The notes under the pieces are model-generated. The model saw only the letters and a list, made by a program, of their open reading frames with translations. It did not search any database and was not told the DNA's origin. The position numbers were made by a program, and so were the translations under genes. Positions 20,919 to 30,331 of a stretch of DNA of 64,000 nt are shown in pieces; positions within the stretch are counted from its first letter, which is position 1; every line of letters starts with the position of its first letter. Source of the DNA: an uncultured Eubacteriales bacterium (GTDB lineage: Bacteria; Bacillota_I; Bacilli_A; RF39; UBA660); assembly GCA_963536495.1 (NCBI GenBank), contig CAUTAF010000002.1:74032-138031 (forward strand), in the 5' to 3' direction.

Positions 20919-22388
20919 TTAAAGCTCCATTAATTCAATTATAACATTCATTAATATTTTCATTTTTTCAATTAATTCTAAATAATATGAAGAAAATGTT
21001 ATTCTTCCAACAATTTTTTCTGAATCTAATACTCCACAAGCAGTACCTGGAATAAATTTAATTTTACTATGTTTAAAAAGTTCAATTAAAAGATCATTAT
21101 CACTTTTAATTATATTTTCATTTATTTTCTTACTCTTTAATTTAGAAAAATCAATTAAAGCAAAGAAACCAGAAATTGGAATTATACCATTATAAAATGA
21201 TAAGATATTATTCCCTTTTTTATAATATTTTATTTCATCAATAGTTAAATTATTTTCAATGATTTTTCTATCTTTATTTGGTATAGTCAAAGCGCCAAGA
21301 ATAAAATATTTAAGTATTGATAAATTTAATTCATATTGTTTGTTAATATCAACTAAATATTTTTTTCTATAATTAGCTTTCATATAATTATCAGTAAAAA
21401 CAGAAGCTAATGCTATTTGGCTAAGCATAGAAACAGAATCTTGATCTAAAAATATATTATCTCTAATATCTTGAATAAAATATTTATTAGCTACAATAAA
21501 TCCAGCTCTTAATGATGCTAAAGAATAAGATTTAGATATACCAAAAAATGAAATAACATTATCTTTATACTCATCAAATGAATTTAAAGAAAAAGAACTA
21601 TATTCACTATCATAAACAGAATCTCTATAAATTAAATCTTCTATTATTAAAACCTTTTGTTTATAACATAATTTAGCTAATTCATGCAAATATTTTTTAT
21701 CTTTATAACTATAAGAAATACCTAAAGGATTATTTGGATTTTGAAAATATATAGCTGCTACCTTAGGAATATACTCATCTTTTTTATGAATTAAAAATAG
21801 TTTTTTATTAATATCAATTATTTGTTTTTCGAGGTTTTCTAAATTAATTTTCCAATTTAAATTTTGATCAAATTTAACCAATTCAATATTAGAGCCTAAT
21901 TTAAGCGGCTCATACAAAAATAAATTATATGTAGGCACTGGTATTAAAATAACATCATTTTTTCTTAAAACTGTTTTTAATATTAAAGAATATGCTTGGG
22001 TGGTAGATGAAGTTATAATTATTTCTTCTTCATTTCTAGATTTTATTCCAATTGAATTTAAATATCCAATTAAATTTTTTTTCACTTTAGAATCTCCTAT
22101 AGTATTTGGATATTGATTGGTATTATTTTCTTTTAAATAATAATCAATATCCTTTTTAACAAATTCATATTGTTTCCATTTTAATGGATTACCTCCACCA
22201 AAACTGATTACTTTTTCATCTTTTAGATATTTATAAATATCATATCTATATACATTAGAAGATTTTATTATTTTTTTTAAGTCTTCACTTAAATAATCAA
22301 AATTAATATTAATATTAGGACAATAATTTTCTTTTAACAAATATGATTTTCTTTTTAATAAATCATTCAACACAAAATCATTTTTCAT
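20919..22388 (-). CDS. PLP-dependent aminotransferase, class I/II fold, with N-terminal extension
   Basis: SKSYSLASLRAGF (PLP Lys, Arg), NPNNPLG. Confidence 0.65.
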   Translation of the reverse strand: MKNDFVLNDLLKRKSYLLKENYCPNININFDYLSEDLKKIIKSSNVYRYDIYKYLKDEKVISFGGGNPLKWKQYEFVKKDIDYYLKENNTNQYPNTIGDSKVKKNLIGYLNSIGIKSRNEEEIIITSSTTQAYSLILKTVLRKNDVILIPVPTYNLFLYEPLKLGSNIELVKFDQNLNWKINLENLEKQIIDINKKLFLIHKKDEYIPKVAAIYFQNPNNPLGISYSYKDKKYLHELAKLCYKQKVLIIEDLIYRDSVYDSEYSSFSLNSFDEYKDNVISFFGISKSYSLASLRAGFIVANKYFIQDIRDNIFLDQDSVSMLSQIALASVFTDNYMKANYRKKYLVDINKQYELNLSILKYFILGALTIPNKDRKIIENNLTIDEIKYYKKGNNILSFYNGIIPISGFFALIDFSKLKSKKINENIIKSDNDLLIELFKHSKIKFIPGTACGVLDSEKIVGRITFSSYYLELIEKMKILMNVIIELMEL

Positions 22389-23256
22389 AATATACCTCGT
22401 TTATATAATTAATTATTTTTTTATAATCTTTTATTTTTTTATCCATTCTAAAATATAATGTTTTATATCTTAACTTTTCTATATTAGAAAAAGAAGCATT
22501 TTTACAAAAAATTTCAAAAGGTAATTTTTCTATTGTAGTTTGTAAAATATCACTGTTATTCTCTTCCATATATTTATATAGTTTATCCTCTAATACAGAA
22601 AAACTTTCTTTATCAATATCAATTACAAATACTACTCTATGATAAGAAAAATTATCACAATCAATTAATCTGCCAGGAATCATTAAATTATCTTTTATAT
22701 ATTTATATTTTTTCTTTTTTTTTAAATAATTGAATCTATAAAAAAATATTTTTAAAAATAATCTTATTTTATCTATTGAGTTTATTTTAATTTTTGTTTT
22801 TAAATCTTTTTTAGAATATAAATAAGAATATTTTCCAAATGAAATTGGTTTTCTATTATTAAAAGAATAAATTATATAATCATATATTCCATAGTTATTT
22901 TTAATACCACTTTGACAAGAATCCAATATTTTAATAATCTTAGTTTTACTTTTGCTATAATAAATTTTATTATCAATAACAATATTTCCATATTGTTCAA
23001 CAAAAACTATTATTTTTGTTTTAAAAGAAATTTTTTTATTTATTTCTTTTTTATCTATCAAAAAATTATCATCTATATCAACAAATATTGGAATCAATCC
23101 GTTGCTTATAATAGTTTCAATTACACTTTCACATAACGTAACTGGAACTATTACTTCACTCCCTTTTTCAAAATTTAAATTTTTAAAAATTATATCAAAT
23201 GAATTAGTTCCACTTAATGCTATATTTTTAATAAAATTTTTCATTTTTATCTCCAT
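22378..23256 (-). CDS. divergent DegT/DnrJ/EryC1-like protein
   Basis: SGTNSFDII...GSEVIVP...PIFVDID and DSCQSG...SFNNRKPISFG resemble the DegT layout but are degenerate. The likely start is an internal Met (MKNFIKN) rather than the longest-ORF start at 23337. Confidence 0.4.
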   Translation of the reverse strand: MEIKMKNFIKNIALSGTNSFDIIFKNLNFEKGSEVIVPVTLCESVIETIISNGLIPIFVDIDDNFLIDKKEINKKISFKTKIIVFVEQYGNIVIDNKIYYSKSKTKIIKILDSCQSGIKNNYGIYDYIIYSFNNRKPISFGKYSYLYSKKDLKTKIKINSIDKIRLFLKIFFYRFNYLKKKKKYKYIKDNLMIPGRLIDCDNFSYHRVVFVIDIDKESFSVLEDKLYKYMEENNSDILQTTIEKLPFEIFCKNASFSNIEKLRYKTLYFRMDKKIKDYKKIINYINEVYYEK

Positions 23257-24190
23257 AATCATATAATTCTTCATATAAACTATGTTTTTTATTTTTTTCA
23301 TAATAAAAATTAAAATATAATTCTTGGTAAGAACCAAATGATAAATTCCAATTTTCTATTTCTTGAAAAACAGACCCTTCAAAATCTAAATATTTAGATA
23401 TATTATTTTTTTTCAAATATTTAATTAACTCAAAATATAATTTAGGAATAGGCGATGCATAATTTTTATTATAATAACTATACATTATATAACAATTAAT
23501 TTTATCCCAAACTACACAAATTCCACCAATTACTTTATTTTTATAAACAGCTATAAAACATTCACCTTTTTTATTTTCAATTGCTTTTTCAATATATTTC
23601 TTAACAAATTTTTCACTTGTTTTAGGACCATAATTATATTCCCATTTTAATGATTCTTGAAAATCATATAATGATATATCACCACTTTTAATATTAATTT
23701 CTGATATGCTTTTTATATCTCTTTTTCTATCTCTACAAAAAGAAGAAAATATACTATCAAGAGAATCAGATAAATTTATTTTATATGTATATCTGACTTC
23801 TGGAACAAAACCATTTTTTACACATGAAATTATATCTTTAATATACGGATCAAAAGAAAAAGAAATCGAATTATAATATTTTTTTAAATATTTTAGCATT
23901 TTATTTAGAACTTCCCTAGTATATAATAATTTTTTACGATTAGACGAAAAATTAAAAAGCAATACTGGTCCACCATATGGAATATACATAGTAGATTGTT
24001 CTAATGATTTATTTTTTTCAAACAGAGGAAAAAAAGCAACAAGCTTTTTATTATCATACACACATAATAATCTTTTAACTTTTTTTAATTTCAAAAAGAA
24101 TTCATAAGCAAAAGCTGTACCATTTAATGAATTGTCTACTAAAAAATCAATGTTATTTATATCACTTAGTTTATTAATCTTTACTTCCAT
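23228..24190 (-). CDS. FemAB/Acetyltransf_6-like (GNAT-fold) acyl- or aminoacyl-transferase
   Basis: C-terminal GNAT-like core (CFIAVYKNKVIGGICVV...YLDFEGS); paralogous to the next gene. Confidence 0.4.
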   Translation of the reverse strand: MEVKINKLSDINNIDFLVDNSLNGTAFAYEFFLKLKKVKRLLCVYDNKKLVAFFPLFEKNKSLEQSTMYIPYGGPVLLFNFSSNRKKLLYTREVLNKMLKYLKKYYNSISFSFDPYIKDIISCVKNGFVPEVRYTYKINLSDSLDSIFSSFCRDRKRDIKSISEINIKSGDISLYDFQESLKWEYNYGPKTSEKFVKKYIEKAIENKKGECFIAVYKNKVIGGICVVWDKINCYIMYSYYNKNYASPIPKLYFELIKYLKKNNISKYLDFEGSVFQEIENWNLSFGSYQELYFNFYYEKNKKHSLYEELYDYGDKNEKFY

Positions 24191-24986
24191 TTTTTATTAT
24201 TTCAAAATATACTCTTTTTATGCTATTTGTTTTTAGCAAATCATATATTTGATTATTCCTTCCAAATAAATCTATATTTAAAGTTTCTTCATCAGAAATT
24301 TTTTCTATTTGATGAAGTAACGCTATTATTCCTGCATTATTTTTTCTTCCTATATCAGTAGCTCCCCATTTTGATGCATAATAAATATTATCATATTTAT
24401 ATAACAATGAATAAGCTATTGGACTATTTTCAATATAAACTACTGTAATATAAGAAAATTTTTTTAAAGATAATAAAGAAATATGTTCGTAATACATATT
24501 AAGCATATCTGTTTTTTCTTTTCTCTTCCAACTATTTTGATCTATATATAAAATATCTTTCCAAAGTTCTAAAACATTATCTTCACTATCAACAATATTA
24601 AGTCTTTCAGATAATTTTTTACATTTTTTTATTAATCTTTTACAATTTTTACTTCTAGAAGATATATAATCTTTATAGTTTCCTTTTGTTATTTTTATAA
24701 ATGGTGCTTCCCATTCACAATTAATTTTAAGATTATATTTTGAATTTAAATAACTAAATACTTTTGAATTTTTATTAATATTTCTAAATTTTATAGCATA
24801 ATTTTTATTTATTTTATTTATTAAAAAAACATCATTTTCATTTAAATGAAAATCAAAATATTGAAAGCAATTTTTACCATCATAATATCTAATTATATCT
24901 ATATTATCAGATGAAGAAATATTTCTAACTGGAAAACGATAATATAAAGAAAGTCTATAGTTTTTATCGCTAGTAAAATTATACAT
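24174..24986 (-). CDS. FemAB/Acetyltransf_6-like transferase
   Basis: ITVVYIENSPIAYSLLYKYDNIYYASKWGAT...IDLFGRN pattern. Confidence 0.4.
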   Translation of the reverse strand: MYNFTSDKNYRLSLYYRFPVRNISSSDNIDIIRYYDGKNCFQYFDFHLNENDVFLINKINKNYAIKFRNINKNSKVFSYLNSKYNLKINCEWEAPFIKITKGNYKDYISSRSKNCKRLIKKCKKLSERLNIVDSEDNVLELWKDILYIDQNSWKRKEKTDMLNMYYEHISLLSLKKFSYITVVYIENSPIAYSLLYKYDNIYYASKWGATDIGRKNNAGIIALLHQIEKISDEETLNIDLFGRNNQIYDLLKTNSIKRVYFEIIKNGSKD

Positions 24987-26145
24987 TTTTATAATTCTCC
25001 AAATTTTGTTTTATATACTTTAAATCATTTTTACTTAGTTTAGAATTCAAATTTAACCAAGCAGTTCTTTGTAATAAATTTAAACTTTTATTACAATTAA
25101 CAACTTTATAATTATTATATGGATAATTATTTTTATATGGAGATAGTGAATTTATAAAAGTATTATAAGACGGTAAATAATTAGATATTTTTTTATGAAA
25201 TTCAATATTATTTTTATTCATATAAGAGATAAAATTATCGCATTCTTCTTCGTTATCAAAAGTTAATGATAAACTCAAATACACTGCTTGAATATCTTTT
25301 ATTTCTTTTCTAATATTATATCCAGTTAATTTGTTAGTTAAAACATTATAAATATATTTTTGTCTTTTAACTATTTTTTGATACTTATCTAATTGACCAT
25401 CTAAAATAGCACTTTCTAAATCTGTTATTTTTAAATTTTCACCATAAGAAATATATTTTTTATTCCACACTGGCATTTGATTGAATTCTCTTTCTCCACC
25501 ATTATCTGCAAAACGTTTTGCTACATTCATATTTTTTTTTGTAGTAAAACCTCCTCCTTCTCCGCAAGTAATTATTTTAGAAGACTGAAAACTAAATGCA
25601 CTACTATCACCAAAAGTTCCAGTATATTTATTCTTATATTTTGTTCCAAAAGATTGAGCTACATCTTCTATCAATATTAAATTATATTTTTTACAAAGCA
25701 TCATTATTTTTTCCATATCACATGGAAAACCTTGAAAATGCACAACTACTATAGCTTTTGTTTTTTTAGTTATCTTTTTTTCTATATCATTAACATCAAT
25801 ATTAAACGTATTATCTATTTCAGCAAAAACAGGAATTGCACCAACGTTTAAACATGCTGTAGCAGTAGCTATAAAAGATAAACATGGGACAATTATTTCA
25901 TCACCGTACCCAATATTATTAGAAATTAAAGCTAATTTTAACGCTGAAGTTCCATTGTTAACTAATAAGAAGTCTTGAGAAAACATTAAACTTAATCTTT
26001 TTTCAACTTTATCTGTTTTATACTGCATATTTACACCATCATACCTAAATAGACTTTTGCTATTTAACATAGATAATACCAAAATTTTTTCTTTAAAACC
26101 TATATAGTTCAAACCATAAAAAGCATCTGTACATATTTTTCTCAT
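24979..26145 (-). CDS. DegT/DnrJ/EryC1/StrS family PLP-dependent sugar aminotransferase or dehydratase
   Basis: GTSALKLAL, GDEIIVP, IPVFAEID, FSFQSSKIITCGEGG (PLP lysine). Confidence 0.8.
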   Translation of the reverse strand: MRKICTDAFYGLNYIGFKEKILVLSMLNSKSLFRYDGVNMQYKTDKVEKRLSLMFSQDFLLVNNGTSALKLALISNNIGYGDEIIVPCLSFIATATACLNVGAIPVFAEIDNTFNIDVNDIEKKITKKTKAIVVVHFQGFPCDMEKIMMLCKKYNLILIEDVAQSFGTKYKNKYTGTFGDSSAFSFQSSKIITCGEGGGFTTKKNMNVAKRFADNGGEREFNQMPVWNKKYISYGENLKITDLESAILDGQLDKYQKIVKRQKYIYNVLTNKLTGYNIRKEIKDIQAVYLSLSLTFDNEEECDNFISYMNKNNIEFHKKISNYLPSYNTFINSLSPYKNNYPYNNYKVVNCNKSLNLLQRTAWLNLNSKLSKNDLKYIKQNLENYKNV

Positions 26146-26148
26146 TTG

Positions 26149-27252
26149 TTAGTTCCTTTCAAAATCTTTAATTATTTCATTTATTCCATTCTTATTTATA
26201 TTTTTATAGAATTTTTTTCTTAAATCAAAATTATCTTCTTTATATTCAAAAAATTTTTTTATTTCTTTATTAAAATTTTTATAATCATATTTTTTCAAAT
26301 TCTCTAAAACTAATTTTATTCCCAAGCTTTCTTCTAAATAATATTTTATTTTTTTACATTTATTATTTTCTTGAAAGAAAAAATCTAAATTAAATTTTTT
26401 AAATTCTAATCTTTGCAAATATTGACTGTAATTAATAGGTAATAAAAATAACACCTTTATATTAGTTGATATTATTTCATTAAAATTACCTAGACCAGGA
26501 GACATAATTGCATAACTAGATTTTTTAATTATTTTTCTATATAAATTATTATCAAAACTATCTATAACAATATTATTATCAAATTTGATATTTTGTTTTA
26601 AGTAATTAATTATAAAATTTCCACCTGCAATATATACTTTTTCAAAATTTTTAATATAAGAATTTTTAAGAATAAAATTAACAGTTTTTAGATAAAAATT
26701 ATTGATAAAAGAGGAATCATACATATATGATTCTGCTCCACCTAAAGATATTAATAAATTATTTTTTTTACTATTATCTATAAATTTTTCTATTTTTCTT
26801 AATGATCCAACTTTTATTATATTAGACATATTTTTTGCTATTCTATTAATATTTTTATCACAAGATATTACATTAGAAATATAATATCTTTTTAAATTTA
26901 TCAACTCTTTTTCTATAAAGTCCCACATCCAAAAAATATTATCAATTAAATATAAATTAGATAAATGATATTTATTTATTAAAAAAATCAAAATATCAGT
27001 TGTTTCAATAGAAATAATTTTATCTGCTGTAAGAAAATACTTCTTATATTTTTCAAATTTTTTTATGTCATAATCATATGCTATTAATTTATCAAAAACA
27101 TTTTCTTTATTCGCTTTTTCTATGCACAATTTTGGACCAATAAAAATAAATTCATATTTATTTTTGTTCATTTTTGTTACTAAATGTATCGCTGTATTAA
27201 TAGGTCCATATCCAAATGCATCTGCTAATATTAAGATTTTATTTTTTTTCAT
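26149..27252 (-). CDS. putative GT-B fold glycosyltransferase or hydrolase (GT28/PseG-like)
   Basis: N-terminal ILILADAFGYGPINTAIHL pattern reminiscent of MurG/PseG; weak. Confidence 0.3.
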   Translation of the reverse strand: MKKNKILILADAFGYGPINTAIHLVTKMNKNKYEFIFIGPKLCIEKANKENVFDKLIAYDYDIKKFEKYKKYFLTADKIISIETTDILIFLINKYHLSNLYLIDNIFWMWDFIEKELINLKRYYISNVISCDKNINRIAKNMSNIIKVGSLRKIEKFIDNSKKNNLLISLGGAESYMYDSSFINNFYLKTVNFILKNSYIKNFEKVYIAGGNFIINYLKQNIKFDNNIVIDSFDNNLYRKIIKKSSYAIMSPGLGNFNEIISTNIKVLFLLPINYSQYLQRLEFKKFNLDFFFQENNKCKKIKYYLEESLGIKLVLENLKKYDYKNFNKEIKKFFEYKEDNFDLRKKFYKNINKNGINEIIKDFERN

Positions 27253-28246
27253 ATATTTTTTTGTTCATGTAAACGTTAGCATTATCACATTTGCTTTTGC
27301 ATTTACTACATTCTATCTCAAGTTCTTTTAATAACATACTATATTTTTTATTGCCAATAATTTGATTTAAAGGATTATCTATAAGATTACCAATAGCATA
27401 ATAATCTTCGTCTCTATGAACTGAACAATCACATGGATAAACATTTCCACTTACACAATCAATAAACAATGTATATTTTAATATCTTACAAGGTATTTTT
27501 TCTTTTCTGTAATCATCTCCATTATCAGAATATAAATTTTCTTCAAAATAATTAATATCGTCATATAGTAATTCAATATTATATTTTTTTATATTTTGTT
27601 TATATTTTTTTATATTTTTATTGTAATATTCAATTTGTTTTTTAGAAAAATAATATTCTGGACATTCTTTAATTATTATTGGATTTAAATAATCATACTC
27701 TACTGTTTTTTTCATTTCAATAAATTTTCCAAAATCATCAATGTTTTCAAAATTCAATACATGATTAATAACTATTTTAACATTTGGCAATTCATTTTTA
27801 ATTAAATTAATAGCTTTAGTTGCTATATCAAATATCCCTTTCACCCCTCTAATAGAATCATGAATTTCTGATTTAAAACTATCTATAGAAAAGAAAATAG
27901 CTTTAATATTATATTTTTTTAATTTTTTAATGTTAGATTTCGTTAAAAAAAAACCATTTGTAATAAAAACTATATTTAAACCTAATAAAGTTGCATATTC
28001 AAAATATTCATATATTTTTTTATTCGCTAAAGGCTCTCCTCCTCCAGTAAAATGAATATATTTACCACCATTGTTTTTAACATCCTTTAAAATTTCCTTT
28101 ACATCTAACTTTGATTCTTTCTCTTTTTTTTCATGTATATCACAAAATTTACATTTAGCATTACAAATATTAGAAATAGAAAGAAAATAATAGAGTGGAT
28201 TTTGACTGGTATTTTCTAATAAATCATTAAATAATTTATAATACAT
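27239..28246 (-). CDS. radical SAM enzyme with C-terminal SPASM/twitch-like cysteine cluster
   Basis: CNAKCKFC (Cx3Cx2C) and GGGEPL at the N-terminus; C-terminal CKILKY..CVSGNVYPCDC...CSKCKSKC. Confidence 0.75.
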   Translation of the reverse strand: MYYKLFNDLLENTSQNPLYYFLSISNICNAKCKFCDIHEKKEKESKLDVKEILKDVKNNGGKYIHFTGGGEPLANKKIYEYFEYATLLGLNIVFITNGFFLTKSNIKKLKKYNIKAIFFSIDSFKSEIHDSIRGVKGIFDIATKAINLIKNELPNVKIVINHVLNFENIDDFGKFIEMKKTVEYDYLNPIIIKECPEYYFSKKQIEYYNKNIKKYKQNIKKYNIELLYDDINYFEENLYSDNGDDYRKEKIPCKILKYTLFIDCVSGNVYPCDCSVHRDEDYYAIGNLIDNPLNQIIGNKKYSMLLKELEIECSKCKSKCDNANVYMNKKIYEKK

Positions 28247-28691
28247 TTAATACCTCCTTAATTTTATTCATTATAAGATTGATAGTATTATCTGATATTA
28301 AATCTTCATAATATACAAATTCACATTCAGTTAACTCTTTTAATCCCATTATCATAGGACTATACTCTAAGTTTTTATCTAAAAAAACTATCATCTTCTT
28401 TTTTTGATTACTTGCCCATCCAATTTCAACATGAACTCCTCCACTAATTGGGTTACCTGGTATTGCTAAAAATAAATCACATTCACTTATAGCTTTAGTA
28501 TCAGCTATAATACTTTCAGAAGGGCTAATATATTTTTCTCCCCACTCTTCCCTTTCTTGACTACAAAAATAATCTAAATTATTTTCTTTAAAAAAATTAA
28601 TTATTTTTTCAAAAAACCAACGATTTTCTAAAATAATATCTGAATCTTCTTCACAAAATTGTGAAAATGGAGATGCAAAAAATATTTTCAT
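28236..28691 (-). CDS. nucleoside 2-deoxyribosyltransferase superfamily protein (NDT/BlsM/MilB-like)
   Basis: IFFASPFS...DLFLAIPGNPISGGVHVEIGWA follows the NDT-family layout. Confidence 0.55.
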   Translation of the reverse strand: MKIFFASPFSQFCEEDSDIILENRWFFEKIINFFKENNLDYFCSQEREEWGEKYISPSESIIADTKAISECDLFLAIPGNPISGGVHVEIGWASNQKKKMIVFLDKNLEYSPMIMGLKELTECEFVYYEDLISDNTINLIMNKIKEVLNVL

Positions 28692-28692
28692 A

Positions 28693-30009
28693 TTATTTAT
28701 TTCCTTTCATTTCATCAAATTCTTTTTTGATATATTTATTTGTTCTATATATTTTTTCTTCTCTTATTTTTTTTATTTTTTCTACTCCAAAATATTCTTC
28801 CATTTGAATAATCATATTATGAACATCAGCTATTTCTTCAATAACATTTGGTAAAAGTTTATTATTATAGTCTTCTCTTTTATATTTACAAAGCGCTTGT
28901 ATTAATTCTCCCATTTCTTCTATAAGAACATTACTTTGACAATCAAATCCCCAAAAATCAATATAGAATTTTAAAAGAGCATTTGTTTCATTATCAGTTA
29001 AAGTTAAATCTTTTTTAATTAGTTCATAAATTCTAGTAGCTTCATCAAATTCTATTTGACCAACTTTATTATTATTAAATTTTTTTACATACTCTTTATA
29101 TCTACGTACTATTTCTTTTTTAGCATGTTTTTCGGCTATAGAAATATTTAAAATTCCACTTTCTATTTCGTTAATAAAAAATTCAATAATAGATTTTTTA
29201 TCTTGATCACAATCTGGAACTAATGTTTTTAACAATAAAAATGTTTCTTTGTCTCTTTCATCAATACATCTAAGCTCAGCATATTTTTGTAAATATTCAT
29301 AATCTATACAATCATTACCTCTAACATCACACATTGCCATAGACGCAGATAAGTTTATAGGATTATTAATTGAAAGTGTCGGTACTAAAAATGTTTCAAT
29401 TTTTCTATAAGAAGAAATTTTTTTATTTTTATTTTCATAAGCTATTTGCGATATACATGTAGCAAATTTTCCCGAGTTAGCTCCTGGACCAACTACAAAT
29501 ACTAATTTTTCTTTACACGGTATATATTCGTTTTTAAATATTCCATCTTTTGAAAAAACTTCTTTTATATTATAAGGATAGTTTGAATCTTCAAACTGTT
29601 TATATACATTATAACCTAAGTTTTTTAGCTTTTTTATATAATTATCTATTTTAGAATTTTTTCTATATCTCGTAATTGAAATATTAAATTTTATATTATC
29701 TTTAACAAAAACATTTATTAATCTTAACACTTCATCCATATATGACTTACAATTATCTTTTCTTTTTTTATTTTTTATAATTGATATTGAATTAATACAT
29801 ATTATCATCTCAAAATCAACATTTAAACTTTTTATTATTTCATATTTATTATCCGGATTATAACCTACAAAAACTCTAGCTGCATGTTGATCATCAATTA
29901 TTTTTCCACCAACTTCAATATATATTCTTTCTTTAATATCGTTTATAATTTCTAATATTTTTTCTTTTTCTTTTAAAAAATATTTTTTATTATCAAAATT
30001 TTTTTTCAT
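28693..30009 (-). CDS. two-domain protein: N-terminal P-loop-like region plus C-terminal MazG-like NTP pyrophosphohydrolase domain
   Basis: VVGPGANSGKF (GxxxxGK); C-terminal EEMGELIQAL...EEIADVHNMI, an EExxE pair typical of MazG; first gene of the operon with AAGGAA RBS. Confidence 0.5.
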   Translation of the reverse strand: MKKNFDNKKYFLKEKEKILEIINDIKERIYIEVGGKIIDDQHAARVFVGYNPDNKYEIIKSLNVDFEMIICINSISIIKNKKRKDNCKSYMDEVLRLINVFVKDNIKFNISITRYRKNSKIDNYIKKLKNLGYNVYKQFEDSNYPYNIKEVFSKDGIFKNEYIPCKEKLVFVVGPGANSGKFATCISQIAYENKNKKISSYRKIETFLVPTLSINNPINLSASMAMCDVRGNDCIDYEYLQKYAELRCIDERDKETFLLLKTLVPDCDQDKKSIIEFFINEIESGILNISIAEKHAKKEIVRRYKEYVKKFNNNKVGQIEFDEATRIYELIKKDLTLTDNETNALLKFYIDFWGFDCQSNVLIEEMGELIQALCKYKREDYNNKLLPNVIEEIADVHNMIIQMEEYFGVEKIKKIREEKIYRTNKYIKKEFDEMKGNK

Positions 30010-30035
30010 AATCCATAAGTTTCCTTCTTTGTTTC

Positions 30036-30080
30036 ATAATATACCATTTTTATATATAAAAATCACTATTTTTTATATAT
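30036..30080 (-). promoter_or_regulatory. putative sigma-A promoter of the cluster operon (extended -10 TGgTATATT)
   Basis: Minus-strand TGGTATATT about 30 nt upstream of the start codon (complement of plus 30038-30046); the -35 element is weak. Confidence 0.3.
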
Positions 30081-30199
30081 AATTTATTTTTTTAATAAAA
30101 AAAGCAATATTTTTATATAAAAATATATATTTTTTCATTTTTCTAAAAAAGATAAATTCAATTTAGAATATCATCTCAAGGTAGTGAGGCATTATTTTT

Positions 30200-30331
30200 A
30201 TGATAAAAGATTTTGATATAGAGTTGAAAAACAAAATTGTTTTTGAATATTTTAATAACAAAGATTGGATTAGGTTGTTAGCTAAAAAATATAGTATTTC
30301 ATATAATACAATTCAAAATTGAATTGATAAA
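30200..30331 (+). pseudogene. IS3-family transposase OrfA N-terminal (HTH) fragment
   Basis: MIKDFDIELKNKIVFEYFNNKDWIRLLAKKYSISYNTIQN-TGA-IDKK matches the IS3 OrfA HTH (...ISxxTIxxW). The conserved Trp position is a TGA codon and the ORF ends after 4 more codons. Confidence 0.5.

Noticed and set aside
22912-27331. Plus-strand ORFs 22912-23136, 25477-25680, 26702-26884 and 27122-27331 inside cluster genes
   Set aside because: All antisense to longer motif-bearing CDSs; F/I/N-rich spurious frames
30010-30199. Tiny ORF (MKKYIFLYKNIAFFIKK) upstream of the cluster as a possible precursor peptide
   Set aside because: Low-complexity poly-A/T derived sequence without RBS; more likely promoter DNA
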